From contig NC_092679.1 in NCBI RefSeq assembly GCF_964355755.1, forward strand, positions 24,287,432 to 24,351,431: a stretch of DNA of 64,000 nucleotides. The letters are read 5' to 3'. Source of the stretch: Antedon mediterranea (Eukaryota; Animalia; Echinodermata). The position numbers were made by a program, and so were the translations under genes. Below the pieces are notes generated by a model. That model had not been told where the DNA came from. It saw only the letters and a list, made by a program, of their open reading frames with translations, and searched no databases. Position 1 is the stretch's first letter, and each line of letters starts with the position of its first letter. Below, piece after piece: positions 12,201 to 26,000 of this stretch.

Positions 12201-15200
12201 TTAATATGTAAAGCGGCTATAAAGCCCAGCGGTAGCCAACACGAGATTACAAGGCAATTTAAGAGCGAAGTACTGTTACTTTAAAATGTATTTTTGAAAC
12301 ATAATGACAAGTATTATATGTATGCAAGGTAAACCAAATAAATCGTTTCTTGAAAGGAATTCAGACATAAAATACGTATTATTGAAAATGAAACTATATT
12401 GATTGAATTTAGCGAGATTTTTAAAATGTTTTTTTTTTTTTTTATAATTTTTTGTTTAAATAGGGAGCAGCATTTGTAATTATCTATCAAGATGGCAGTG
12501 TTCTACTGTCTCACGGTGGAGTTGAGATGGGACAGGGATTGTACACCAAAATGATTCAAGTTGCAAGTCGCACGTTGAAAATTCCATCTGATCAGATTTT
12601 CACAGATGAAACGTCAACAAACAAAGTACCAAATACTTCTCCAACTGCTGGAAGTGTCAGTTCAGATCTAAACGGAATGGCTGTTAAGGTAAGGTAATAC
12701 ATTTGGTTTTGGATACTGGTATTTAAAATTCAGGTGATTCAGTGATCACGTACAAAAACAAAAAGGGTGGAGGTCTAATGGTGCCCCGGATTTTGGACGC
12801 GTAACCACCACATGACGTTAATGGTATACTTTGTGATAAACTAGGTCTACGAATATTATATTTTAAGAAAGAAAAGGAACAAATGTCCCCACCCCTTAAG
12901 AAGTGATGTTTAACTATCGAATTATTAGTCTTAACTCTGTAAATAACGTGTGACAATTTACTGTTGCTTTACAATACCAAGATGAAGTAAACTATACCAG
13001 TAGTACAATTTATAGTATAACATTTTTTTTAAATTAAAGTATTATATGCCTACTTTTAAAACACCTATTGACTAACATAGAATATAATGAATTTTTTTTT
13101 TCATTGGTTCAAACATTTCTTATGTTTCATGAGCCATTATGCAAAAAAAAAAAATAAGTGATGGGTGAAAATGGTCCGTCCAAACTATTTACGCTACACT
13201 AAAAAATAAGCCTGAATTAATTTTAATTTTTTCTTTTAAGATCGCATGCGAAAAACTATACAAACGACTTGAGCCATACAGAAAACAGAAACCGGACAAA
13301 ACATGGAGTGACTGGGTAGGTACACCAAATGTAGCTATACAAAACATGGAGTGACTGGGTAGGTACACCAAATGTAGCTATACAAAACATGGGAGTAACT
13401 GGATAGGTACACCAAATGTAGCTATACAAAACATGGAGTGACTGGGTAGGTACACCAAATGTAGCTATACAAAACATGGGAGTGACTGGGTAGGTACACC
13501 AAATGTAGCTATACAAAACATGGGAGTGACTGGGTAGGTACACCAAATGTAGCTATACAAAACATGGGAGTGACTGGGTAGGTACACCAAATGTAGCTAT
13601 ACAAAACATGGAGTGACTGGGTAGGTACACAAAGTGCATCCGAAACTATGTTTGAAATAAAAGCAACTTACCATGTCATTGGTTCATACTTGCTTCCGAG
13701 TATAATTCCCAAGAGGTAGACCACAGTCCAATGTAATAATAATATTCCTACATTTAGGCTACGAAACTACGCGCTGGCTTTTTAAACAATCGCAAAAACA
13801 GAAATCCTACATGGCTGTCCATATTGTGTTTATAATACATGACGTTTGTAGGTACAGTTGTAATGAATTAATTCTTTCCTTCAGTAACTAGAATGTGCAG
13901 CTGTAGATTATTTGCATATTCCATCGCCCTCTATATACCGGGTATTATTCAATAAAGAAGCAGATCTCAATTCTGTTTCTATACAAATCAATATAGTTAT
14001 ATGTCCAGTTTCATAGACAAATTCATTCAATCCTAGCCTATAGCATTTTGATATTTATTTTGACATTTATTTATTTATAACTGTTCAAGAAAGAAATAAC
14101 TGTGGAGAATCACTGTGTGCCGACAGAGAAATGCCGATCACCCAATATTGAGTACCGTAGTTATTAATAATATTAAAGTATATTATTAAATATTGTTAGT
14201 TTATTCTTTCGGCTAAATTAGCATTCATTGTTATATCATTTTGTTTAGGTTGCAGCGTCTTATATGGATCGAGTAAGCTTGTTTGCAACAGGATTTTACA
14301 AGTAAGTAAATGTACATTATACACTGCAACTCATGTATTGCCTTTCTAATGTTAATATTTTAAGTCATTGTTGACATGTCGACCTGTTTTATTGTATTGT
14401 AAAAGAACGCCGTTGACTGGATTTGATTGGAACACCAAGACAGGTGAACCGTTTCACTATTTTACAAGCGGTGCGGCCGTTTCCGAAGTTGAGATTGATT
14501 GTCTGACTGGTGATCACGTGGTTCTGCGTACTGATATTGTCATGGATGTTGGAGACAGTATCAATCCCGCTATTGATATCGGACAGGTGACTTTCGAGAT
14601 TAATTATACAAAAACACTTTCACATTGTTCTTGAATAATTATCAGGATCAAATTATTATCTTCATTAGGTAGACATATTTTCAGAGTTTTCAATTTGGAA
14701 ATGTCATAATTGTTGATCTGCCTTTAAAGTAGGCCTACATAAATAGGTTCTATCAGAACCATTTCAACCATTTTTGTTGTTTAAGTAATAACTTAAAATT
14801 GAGAACATAACATCACTTGAATCACCTCAACAACATTTCCCTTTCATCAGATTGAAGGCGGGTTCATACAAGGTTACGGCTTATTTACGCTAGAAGAGCA
14901 TCGTTGGAGTCCTAGTGGTCAACTACTGACAAAGGGACCAGGGTTCTACAAGATACCAAGTTTTACTGATATTCCTGTTGAATTCAATGTTAGTTTGCTG
15001 GATGGGGTACCTCATACAAAAGTAGTTTGTTCATCAAAGGTACTAAAAAAAAAAATCACAGAACACAAAATTTCTCCTCCATATAAATCTTGTCCTCCGT
15101 AAGATCAGCTCTATGTATATAAATTAATTTGCATATTCATTTTTAATGTCTTTTCTCTAATATTAAGTAACTTTAAAAAAATAAAATATTAGGAGTACAG

Positions 15201-15634
15201 TATTATCAAACGTTTCTTTTACAGGCGATAGGTGAACCTCCTCTTTTCTTGGCTGGGTCCGTTTTCTTCGCAATAAAAGAAGCTATTCTGGCGTCAAGGA
15301 AAGATTGTGGCATAGAGAGCAGTTTTCGATTGGACAGTCCAGCAACAGCCGAACGAATAAGGATGGCATGCAGTGATACATTCACTGAAAAGGTATGTAT
15401 AAATAGATAAAGAGAGTCTAATAAAATGTTTTTTAAGGAGTTGTGATATACAGTAACAACATTTGTAGGCGTTTGAAAGGTTGTATCAGGTTGTCATTAG
15501 GATTCTTTATACAACGGTTGTTATAGGTCTGTTGATTTTAAAAAAATAAATGAATAACGATAAACTTATTTATTCTTTTTCAGTTTCCACCATCAGTTCC
15601 TGGAACATTTACACCGTTCTTCATTCGTTCATGA
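275..15634 (+). CDS. XDH: Xanthine dehydrogenase/oxidase-family molybdo-flavoenzyme, copy 1 (32 coding exons, ~1386 aa)
   Basis: Phase-consistent GT-AG exons: 275-325, 1791-1848, 3071-3167, 3547-3655, 3891-4079, 4571-4810, 5276-5359, 5612-5753, 5857-6024, 6353-6429, 6774-6870, 7020-7129, 7580-7758, 7881-8043, 8242-8325, 8586-8703, 8897-8948, 9348-9474, 9633-9752, 9895-10116, 10351-10484, 10576-10750, 11013-11204, 11577-11725, 12037-12118, 12464-12688, 13241-13315, 14249-14301, 14406-14586, 14851-15039, 15225-15392, 15584-15634 (sum 4161 nt). Motifs: [10 protein letters not shown] and [17 protein letters not shown] (2Fe-2S); [15 protein letters not shown] and RRDDDIA (FAD/NAD); [22 protein letters not shown] and IGEPPL (Moco). 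Confidence 0.93.
433..753 (+). mobile_element. tRNA-derived SINE in XDH1 intron 1
   Basis: B-box-like GGTTCAAGG near 488; GC-richer body with GTGCACTTTAAAGAACC..CGAGAAGAGTAGGGG (recalls the Meta-type SINE central domain, from memory); (CAAT)n tail. Confidence 0.65.
1849..3070 (+). other. U12-type (minor spliceosome) GT-AG intron, XDH copy 1 intron 2
   Basis: 5'ss GTATCCTTT; branch-like GCTTAAC at 3050-3056 about 15 nt before the AG; no polypyrimidine tract. Confidence 0.88.
2058..2603. mobile_element. Non-autonomous DNA transposon (Kolobok-like MITE), 546 bp
   Basis: TIRs AGATGTATTGTCCCTT / AAGGGACAATACATCT flanked by TTAA on both sides (2054-2057, 2604-2607). Confidence 0.8.
9177..9274. 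mobile_element. Short MITE (GCTCTGTCTACACTATCAAACT family)
   Basis: Imperfect terminal inverted repeats; reverse complement matches 24392-24520. Confidence 0.55.
11315..11443 (-). pseudogene. Inverted degenerate copy of XDH exon 20 within XDH1 intron 23
   Basis: Minus strand [28 protein letters not shown] vs exon [33 protein letters not shown]. Confidence 0.9.
11836..11985. repeat. 23-bp minisatellite (TTATCGTCCTCATGAGTGAGTAT), ~6 copies
   Basis: Directly visible tandem repeat. Confidence 0.92.
13296..13630 (+). repeat. 43/44-bp minisatellite spanning the XDH1 exon 27 donor, ~8 copies
   Basis: Unit ACAAAACATGG(G)AGTGACTGG|GTAGGTACACCAAATGTAGCTAT. Confidence 0.95.
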
Positions 15635-16766
15635 GAAAAGCAATATGACTAAGCATAATTGTACAAAATATAATAATATACTTATAATATAATATATTGT
15701 TAATAGGTAACAAGCAACATTAAAGTAAACTATGGGTATCCTATAAAAAGGTAAAATAAGCAAACGATAAAGTGGTTGTTTGATCAATTGATGGATTGTT
15801 ATTGTTAAAACATAATAAAATGAAGGCTATATTATATCTAATGAAGCATTGGGATTTTTTTGTACCATTTAAATTTAAATGGAGCTGTTTAAAAAGAATA
15901 TTCGTTATGTAAAACCTTCAACCCCGGAAAATCCAGTATATTACCTTTTTCTAATAAAACATGCATTATCTAAAATAAAATCAAATCAAATCAACATTTA
16001 TTTCTTCCACATAAAATAAGAACAAAATATCCAATGTAAATTGAAATATGAAAGAGAGGTTAGTAGTATTTGCAGAGTGAATGTATTACTTCACGGTCTG
16101 TAGCTAACATTTTGTGTGTAGGAAAATACTCAATTGTGACTATTTTCAAAATATAGATATATTTTAAACTCCGGAAGTACTTTACGTAGTTTCCAAACAA
16201 ACATAGCTATGAGATTAACAGCAAATTTTCCTAAATTAAAGAAAACAATTACTTTTTTTGCTAGTATTTTTGTTTTGTTTTATTTAGTTATTTTTTTTTT
16301 TTTTTGCCAAATAAATAAATAAATTTTGACATATTTTTTTGGTTTTATTTTATGTCGAAATTTCTATATTTATATTTGTGTGGCAGGATTAGGCTTTCGT
16401 AAAAATGAGTTGTAATACAATATTGTATATGTGGTGGGGCATTTGTTCGAGGAAATAAATTAAAATTAAATTTATTCGACGGCGTCGTTTATTCAAAATG
16501 ATGTTTTACGGGGAGCGTTTATTTAAAGCGGGGTGTTTATTCGATTAAATACGGTAGCTAAATAAAGTTATTGCTGTTGTTCACGCTTTGCTGCACATAC
16601 GAATCGAACTTGACCAATTTGCCTATCGTGAAAAGGCGTGTACTTATATAAACAAGCACTGTATCAAGCCATCTTGGCAGTCATAAACAGACGCACGGAA
16701 GTAGAGCACATCCTTTAAGGGAATCCATGACATTAGTGTATGAATGTATGTGAACTTTTTCAAAAT

Positions 16767-19700
16767 ATGTCTCTAAGTGAAAACACTGTCTTGATTTTCT
16801 TTTGTAATGGAAAAAGGGTAAGTAACTCATTCCGTGTGGTTGTGTATTAGGCTACATTGAGCAGTTTTGCTTTACCTTACAAAGTTCGACTTGCCAATGT
16901 AAAGAATCGTAACATATTATAATTATTGCATTTGACAATATCATATGTATGGGCTACAGTATGTTAAGCCTAAAACATGTGTAAAGTTGTGGCCTAGCTT
17001 ATATCGAGTTCCAACTTCCTTATTCAACTTGTTTTGGTTTTTAGACTTTGCCATCAGCTTATTTACTTATGGTATACTGTATCAACTTTGATTGATGGTC
17101 AATGTTGTGACCTAGTGACCTGCTTACAATTTCTATTCGACGAGTTTAGGTCGCAAGAAAATAATCAAGTAATTCCAAATAAAATAAGTTTAATGCAAGT
17201 GTATGTAATTAAGCTATGTCGATGTGAATATTAAAAGCTGAATAAATGTCGACCGAGACTTATTCCGAATAATGATCAGTGGTCAGCTTTCCTTTAAATC
17301 CATATAAGTGTTTTCTAATTGCAATATACATTATTCACACAGTTTTCATTGTCACTTTTAGGTTACAGATGAAAAGGTTGACCCTAGTATGACATTGCTG
17401 AGTTACCTTCGCTTAAAACGTATCCTTTGTTCTATGAATAGAAAATACCAGAGAATGTACACTAAATACATTTCTAAAGACGGAAGCAAAACTCGTTCAA
17501 TGATGCGTAAAAATTACAAAACATGTTAAGGTTAAATGGCAACTACTATTTTTAGTTCCTATTATATAATTCTCTAAGCTATTTTACCGATTTTCTATAC
17601 TTCTACTCTCTAATTCTTGCTTTGTTTATCGAGGCTGTAAAACCAATTGCTATATTGTAAAAAATGTTAAAACTGAAAAAATTACTGATTCATAAAACAA
17701 CACCGATTCTATTGCAAATATAGGCTATAATTTCTTTATACGTCTTAACAATATTTGCACCTATTGGTAACATATGTTGAATTTTCTTTCCAGTTAAGTT
17801 TATCATCAGTTATTGTACCTAAAATATTTAGGTTTTACATCAGCTCACCGTGGTTCTTATCATCTTTCCTATAATCAATAATCATCTCTTGTTTTCTTGA
17901 TATTCAACTTTAAGTGTATCAGTACACCAATAAGAGAAACGATTTACATTATCAAAGTTTAACTGAGTATTTATCGTTTAAAAGCTCAACAAGTATCATC
18001 TGCATATTTTACAGTAAAACACTTTGTTAAAACTTGGTCATCTATATTAGGTTTACACTCGTAAAACAGAAAATTGTTGCATATCCATTAAAAAAGCATT
18101 GATCCATAAACTAATAAAGACTGGTTTACATCTAAACTATTCATTTTCTTCATTAAAATTCCGACATTATGGATTAAAATTAAAACTTTGTCACGATAGG
18201 TCTAACACTTGCAGAGAGTAACAAACAGACAAACTGGCATAGAATTTACACATTTAACATTGTAATGTGTAATGGAAAAGCTTTATAACCAAATGTACAT
18301 ATTGTTTGATTATACTACTGTCAGAAATCATGTGTGCGTGTCAGTATGTGTAATAACATTTTAATTTCACATTTATGACGTACGTGTATCCTGGAAATTG
18401 TACATACTATCTGATACCAAAAATGTCCTTCAGCGTTTTAGTAGCTTGAAACTTGCACCATATCGTTATATAATGCAATTTGCCACCGTGGATTTTAAAC
18501 ATTATTTACTAGATTCATTTAAAATAAATGTAGATAAATTTAATTGGTACAGAAAAACTTGTACTGATTTAAGTATAAATATATTGCACATTATTACTAT
18601 CAAGCTTAACAAGACAATGTGTAGTAAGATTGACAGGTTCCAAACTTGGTTGTGGTGAAGGAGGTTGTGGTGCCTGCACTGTTATGATATCAAGCTATGA
18701 TAGGCTGACCAAAAAAATAACGTAAGCAAATTTTCAGCCGATTCTCGGTACCGTACATTTTCTATACATTATAAAACGACATCAAACGTAGGCCTACATT
18801 AAAATGATTATACTTTACCCTACAGTTGCAAACGCATAGACCTACGTAGTAACGTTGATATACATCAAAATGCAATAGCCTATGGATGGATACGTCTCCG
18901 TTTAAACAAATGATATGCTTTTAGATTGAATTGAATGATATTTCTTTTATTAGTAACATATCGGCAAATGCTTGCTTGACTCCTATATGTCAAGTACATA
19001 TGATGGCAGTAACGACAGTTGAAGGTATTGGAAGCATAAAAGAAGGACTACACCCAGTCCAGGTATAAAGTGCAATATAATTATCTTCTCAGATTAAGGG
19101 CAAACATTAATTTAAGAGAATAATTAGTAAGATTAATCATCAATCAAAATATATGTCAAAATGTAAGTGCTGTACAGACGTGAAATAGAGGAAGTTCGAT
19201 TCCCGCTCGAGAATTACTTTCGAGAAACGGGAAAAAATATCTTACCAATTAAATACCACTAATTCCCATTCGTATAAATGACAACATTCTACACATTGGC
19301 TTCCACACGCCATAATAATTTAGATAGAATAATGAGATCAGGTTAAAACAAATTATACCATCTATATATTGGCCTATGTATCAAGTGCTGATCAGCATCA
19401 TTCGATAAATAATTGCCATTTTATTTAGGAACGTATTGCAAAAGCTCATGGATCTCAATGTGGTTTCTGTACTCCGGGTATTGTGATGTCAATGTACACT
19501 CTCCTGAGAAACAACCATCAACCTACAATGACAGACATTGAGGATACCTTCCAGGGAAATCTGTGCAGATGTACTGGATATCGACCGATCTTAGAAGGTT
19601 ATAGAACATTCACAAAGGTATTAACATGCCGTATCTTTGTCAATTTTGTCAATAAGTATGAAAATCAACATCAATAACAATCACAAACACACACCCCCGC

Positions 19701-20032
19701 CCTTGCACGCACTCATTCGCAATTAAAGAACACAACTTTTTAAAAAATTAAGGATTATGTAAGTGATGGGTCTGCGGACAAAAACTGTTGCCAAATGAAA
19801 GGCAACTTGAAATGCTGTACTGATGATGGTTTGAACGACGGAACACCACAATCTTCTAAAAGTAACTGTTGTCAAATGCGGAATACTGAAAAGAGGCAAG
19901 AAGGTGTACAATCGTGTACTGATGAAAACCAATGCTGTATGATTTCAAATGGGAAGCGCCAGGTACGTTGTTGTTGTTGTTTGCTTATTTCTTCACACAC
20001 ACAACTCTTTAATATGTGGTTCTGAACGCTTA

Positions 20033-20077
<45 letters not shown>

Positions 20078-23000
20078 TGACAGATATCTACAATACTTTT
20101 TCAACCGTCAGAATTTACGGCATACGATCCCACGAAGGAAATCATTTTTCCTCCAGAACTAATTTTGGTAACGTATTATCAATCTGTCTTCTACAAAATT
20201 TTCGTATAAGGGTGGCAAGTATATACACTCACGAGTGGCGGATATACACATATTTGGCGCCAGATAACGACTTTTAAATTCACTAATGGCCCGAATAGGC
20301 TTCTGTGGTCATTATTTATTTATTTATAATACTCTTTTCTATTTAGGCCCTACGTATTTTGAATAATATTAATTTGTCGTACTTGTTTTAAATTGTTAAC
20401 ATGTTGGTGTCTATAAAGATGCTAGAAAAAGAAGACCCACAACTTGTGAAATTCGAAGGCAATGGTTTGACATGGATTAGACCGGTAACTATAGATCAAC
20501 TCTCTGCCGTCAGAAGTCAATTTCCGAATTCAAAACTAGTTTCAGGAAACACCGAAGTTGGTACGTAGCACAGTACATTCCGGTCGAAAAATACAGCATT
20601 AAAATGTCAGTATTGTAGACATAGAATGAATGTATGAAGTGAATTTCTTTCTTTGTAGGTGTTGATATAAAGCTAAAGAAAATGCATTATCCAATGCTAG
20701 TTTCTGTAGCAAACGTTGCTGAGTTAAATACCATTGGTTTATGTGAGACAGGTGTAAATATTGGAGCATCGGTAACACTTTCCCGAATTGAGGATTTTCT
20801 AAAAGATGCGATGGGACAGATTCCAGGTAAGATAACATACACTGAATAAACTATGTCAGTAGTGGTACATTCAACGTCGCGACGGTAAGAATAAGGAATA
20901 GTATTATGTTGTTTGGTTGCCTCGAGGAATACAACAGTTTGTTAAGTCTATGATTTTACACATACCAATTGAGAAACATGCAAGTAATGTCATCACTTAC
21001 TGATCCGTCGTAAGGCGTGTATGTATCGTTTAATCCTGTAACTACAAAAATAACAGTTTTTAAAATGTGCACCACATGATGGACGGTTTCTGAACACAAT
21101 GTCAACGAACTTCAGAAAAACTATACAATCAACAAAGTAACATATTCTTTACTGGTATAGTTTCTTTTTACCTCACACAATACCGATTTTGCTCTAAAAA
21201 CTTTGTTAAATTTTTCATCAGATTACCAATGTAAAGGTTTTGCCGCAGTTGTCGATATGCTTCATTGGTTTTCTGGTCAGCAAATAAGAAACGTTGCGGT
21301 GAGATTTTAAATTATTAATTGCTAAATTCCTAAAATGAACATTAGGCTACCCCGTTGTAATATCACATCAAGATAATATGCAGACTGGGCTAAAACGTGA
21401 ATAAACTATTATACTTGCTCACTGTGAAGAACAACGTATTGGGTTTCTAAAAAGAAGGAATTGTTTGCATGTTGCATTATTGTGAAATACATTATCAAAA
21501 CCAATCATAAATAATTAATAATTTGATTCACTTAATCAGGGTATTGGTGGAAATATAATTACTGGAAGTCCAATATCTGACCTAAACCCAATACTGATGG
21601 CTGCTGGATGCACCCTTGCTTTTGCTGATACAAAAGGTAAGATTCGCTAGTGACACAATAGTTAACCTCAACCTTTTTTCGTGTGATTCCATGAAAAATA
21701 CGTAATAATGAAAAGTCAATAATCATATTTTATAATTATACAATAATATTACATTATGTAATAATGATATGTAATAATGAAAGAGGCGTGCGTTGACCAA
21801 ATTCTCAATTACTATTAATTTTTACGCAGGCGTGCATCGTTCATTACAAATTGCTGAACATTTCTTTACTGGTTACAGACAGAATGCAATGAAACCAAAT
21901 GAAACGCTTGTTTCAATACATATTCCATATACAAAAAAGGTAAACAAAAATACACAATTATATAATTTTGAATTATTATTTATACTCGACTCTGAATATT
22001 AATTCACAATTTGGTGGTAACTTAAAAAAAAAAATTCTTTTATCTTTTCAAAAACAGACGGAACATATTAAAGCGTTCAAGCAAGCACATCGTCGTGATG
22101 ACGACATAGCAATAGTGAATGCTGCATTTAGAGTTGATCTACATGATGGAGTTGTTCATGACTCTTCAATGGCTTTTGGAGGAATGGCGCCCACGACAAA
22201 GATGGCAAAGCAAACAATGAACAAGATAGTTGGAAGGTATAACTCAATGGTAACTCTACAATAACAATGAGCAATGCTCTGCTTCTCTTTTTTTAATTAC
22301 CGTATTTATTCTTTTTTTATTTGATCTGAAAATTGTTTAGTGGATCATTTCGTAAGCTGACCTTGTTACCACTTGAACCTTCCGATTGCGCTGGACAGTT
22401 ATCGCGTCGTTAGAATGTTAAACAAACTTTCGGGTATTATTGTAGCTAAGATAAACTTTAATGAGATACGAAAAATAAATAAGCTTTTGGATAATTTTTT
22501 GTTGTGAAGTGTAGGGCATACAATTGTTTTAAGATTAAGATTACTCAAATGTTAAAAAGAAAATAATGATTAAAGTGGCAATAATAAACAGATATCCATT
22601 GACGTTTTCAAGATCCTAATATAAACATGTTACAAAACTGCAAACTATTGCATATCTTTGTTACATATTCTGTTTATTTTCAGAATATGGGATCAGTCGT
22701 TATTCGATGATGTCATTGCTTCACTTGCCAATGAGATGTCTCTAGAACCTGGCGCTCCAGGTGGTATGACCGAATACAGACAGTCACTTGTCCTAAGCTT
22801 CTTCTTCAAGTTTTACCTCAGATTAAATCAAGAAATACCTAATAAAGTACAGTACAATTGTAGTCCTTTCAATTTGTCATTAAAAGCAATAAAAATAACT
22901 AAACATCACCGGAGGCAACTTCTATTTTCGAAATAGGAATTAATAACTTACACCAAATTTGTTATTTCAACAGACAACGATGTTTAAAAAAACAAAACGT

Positions 23001-26000
23001 ATGAAATCAAATAATTTTTTCCATTGAAAATATATAAAAAAAAACCAATATTTTATTTGCTAAATATTTTTAAAAATGCTAAAAACATATAGTAATTTCT
23101 ATGATCTTTATTCCTGATTTCCTACATTTTAATGTCAATATACATTTTGGAGTGGAGTTGTGGCCTGGTGGTTATGATGCTTGGCTGCCAATCCAAGGGT
23201 CCTGGGTTCAAGTCCTGTCATATGTCAGGATTTTTTCTAATGACAATTTACAACTCCACTCCCAAAGACTTGTAATATAGACTTTGTTTATGTAGAGCAT
23301 TGTGTGTATATGTTTGTCTCGTGAACGGATTGCCACCTTTAAGAAGGATAGTGATTGAATTTGCTTATGGTTATCCTTGGCAATTTGCCTAAATATATAA
23401 AAAAAATGAAATTATTAATGGTTTGTTTTAATTTACAGAACATTCCAAAAGTATCACCATCTGAGACGTCAGCAACGTTTCCCTTCAAAAGAGATGAAGT
23501 AAAAAGCACTCAGATGTTTCAGGTATGTTTTAAAGGTTTAAACACAGACAGTTTTACCATTACAATCGAAACATCTAGACATTCTAAACCAACTGTTAAA
23601 GGAACACATGGTGTACTGCAAACATAACTTTACTACAATTGATTTGTTTTATTACAAAAAAATGTACATAAACTTCTTTCCTTATACTAAATAATTGCAG
23701 GAGGTTGCTAACGATCAGCCACCGATTGATCCAGTAGGTAGACCGTTAGTCCACTTATCAGCTTATCAGCAGGCAACAGGCGAGGCTATCTACGTTGATG
23801 ATATGATACCGTTTCAAAGTAAGAATTAAACTATATAAGTTTCTTTCATTCATCCATAAGAAAATATAGGAAAAAGCATAAAAACATCAATAGAGTAAAA
23901 TATGGACAAAAGGGAAGGAGAGAAAAGGCAACTACATACATGTGGCCGTAATAGGACGCATTGCAAGGACGCGTGAAATGTGAATGAGTTTATAATTTCT
24001 TGATTTGTTTTATGTTAGATGAACTTTACATGGCTGTTGTGTTTAGTCAGAAGGCACATGCACAAATCAAGTAAGAAACATTAATTACACTTGGCAAGCA
24101 TAGGAGAAACTCCAAAATACTCAAATAATACAATTAGAATACTTATTGATTAGTAAATAAACAATAAGGACGAGTCAATCTGTGAGATCGACCAAGAATT
24201 GAACCTAGACTTGTCATTTTGATATATTCTACCATTAGACCACTAACTGATTAATTCAAGAAGTATCAATTAGTTTATAAACGCTAAATGATGAGAAAAT
24301 GTTGGGAACTATGGTCCATCTGTACACACGGCTGGAATGTAAAGATATTTAAAAAAACTTTCCATTGAATAACAGAGATATACAATTCAAAAGCTCTGTC
24401 TACACTATCAAACTAATTTGACAAAAATGTGTGATGTGCCAAAATACAGTAGTGATATGACATCATCGTGCCCATAATGGGCACATCACTTTTTTTGTCA
24501 CATACAATTTAATAGTGTAGTTTTAAGGCATGTTTATGATTATTTTCTTATCTTAAAACCACAATCTCCAGTAAACATTTCTTGTAATTTATTCTATAGA
24601 TGTGTTGACGCTACAGCGGCATTGAGCATGCGTGGTGTGCATGCTTTCATTGACCACAGAGACGTCCCTGGAAGTAACTTGATAGGTGATATCATACAAG
24701 ATGAAGAACTTTTTGCAACTGATAAGGTTGTTTAACTTACTGAGTATTTAAAATCGTTACATAAAAACATAAAGTTAAAGATATATTGTCCATCAAAATC
24801 ATAAATATTAAAGATTTATAAATCAGACTTTAAATAGACCATTTTGAAGTTTTACATAAGTTAATCACTTTCATCAGAAAAAAAATGATTTCACTTATAA
24901 AAATGTATCGATTATAACATGGTGATAGGTAACTTGTATTGGTCAGTACATTGGGGCAATTGTAGCAGATGATAAGGAAATTGCACAGAGAGCCGCTAGG
25001 ATGGTACAAGTGGAATACCAGGATTTGGAGCCTATAATATCTATCGAAGTATGTACAGTAGTTTTAAATTATAGATAACAAGCGTATATAGAGTAATAAT
25101 TATATGCTTGATAAACACATACAGTAGAACAACACTGTAGAATAAAACAATATTTCAAACATTGGACACTGCTTCATTCAAGGCATTTCAAATTTCAAAC
25201 ATTGGAAACTGCTTCATTCAAGGCATTGACACTGCTTCATTCAAGGCATTTCACATTTCAAACATTGGACACTGCTTCATTCAAGGCATTTCACATTTCA
25301 AACATTGGACACTGCTTCATTCAAGGCATTTCACATTTCAAACACGTCTCTTATTTTATTAAATATACTCGCTTTTATTAACTGATGATTAACTTTCAGG
25401 ATGCAATAGAAAAAGAAAGCTATTTCGAACCAGTAAGAATGGAAACAGGTAACATGACAAACGGATTTGAAAGTTCAGATAAGATAATTGAGGGTGAAAT
25501 GAGAATAGGTGAACAGGAACATTTCTATTTGGAGACACAATCATGTATTGCAGTACCGAAGCAAGAAGAAGATTTCATAGAAGTATTTTCTGCTACTCAG
25601 GATCTCCGTTTAGCCCAGGTACGGGTTGTTGTATGTGTTTAAATTAGCCTATACATTTTCCGACAATGGAAAGCAAATTATAGCTACTGTACAACTACAT
25701 CAGTACAGCACACATATTCGTATTAAGAATGGTTATTAAAAATAACTTGATCTTATACATTATAGATTACAATTGCTAATGCATTGGGAGTAAAATACCA
25801 CAAAGTTAATGTTCGTACAAAGCGCCTTGGAGGTGCGTTTGGCGGAAAAGAAACTCAAAGTTGCAACTTATCTGCTGCTCTCGCTATTGCAGCCAAAAAG
25901 TAAGTGTTTTGTTATTTATTTTTAACACTTGGGAGTAGATAGATATCTACAGACTCTTGAAGTTAAATTTAAGCGCAAGGACGTAAACGAAACGCAAATG

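Noticed and set aside
13296-13630. CRISPR-like appearance of this and other regular repeats (11836, 25152, 35091, 58381)
   Set aside because: Head-to-tail units without unique spacers, no cas genes, eukaryotic introns.
14302-14405. Possible second U12 intron (AAAAG acceptor with weak pyrimidine tract)
   Set aside because: Donors are standard GTAAGT/GTAAGA/GTAGGT in the three copies, so U2 type.
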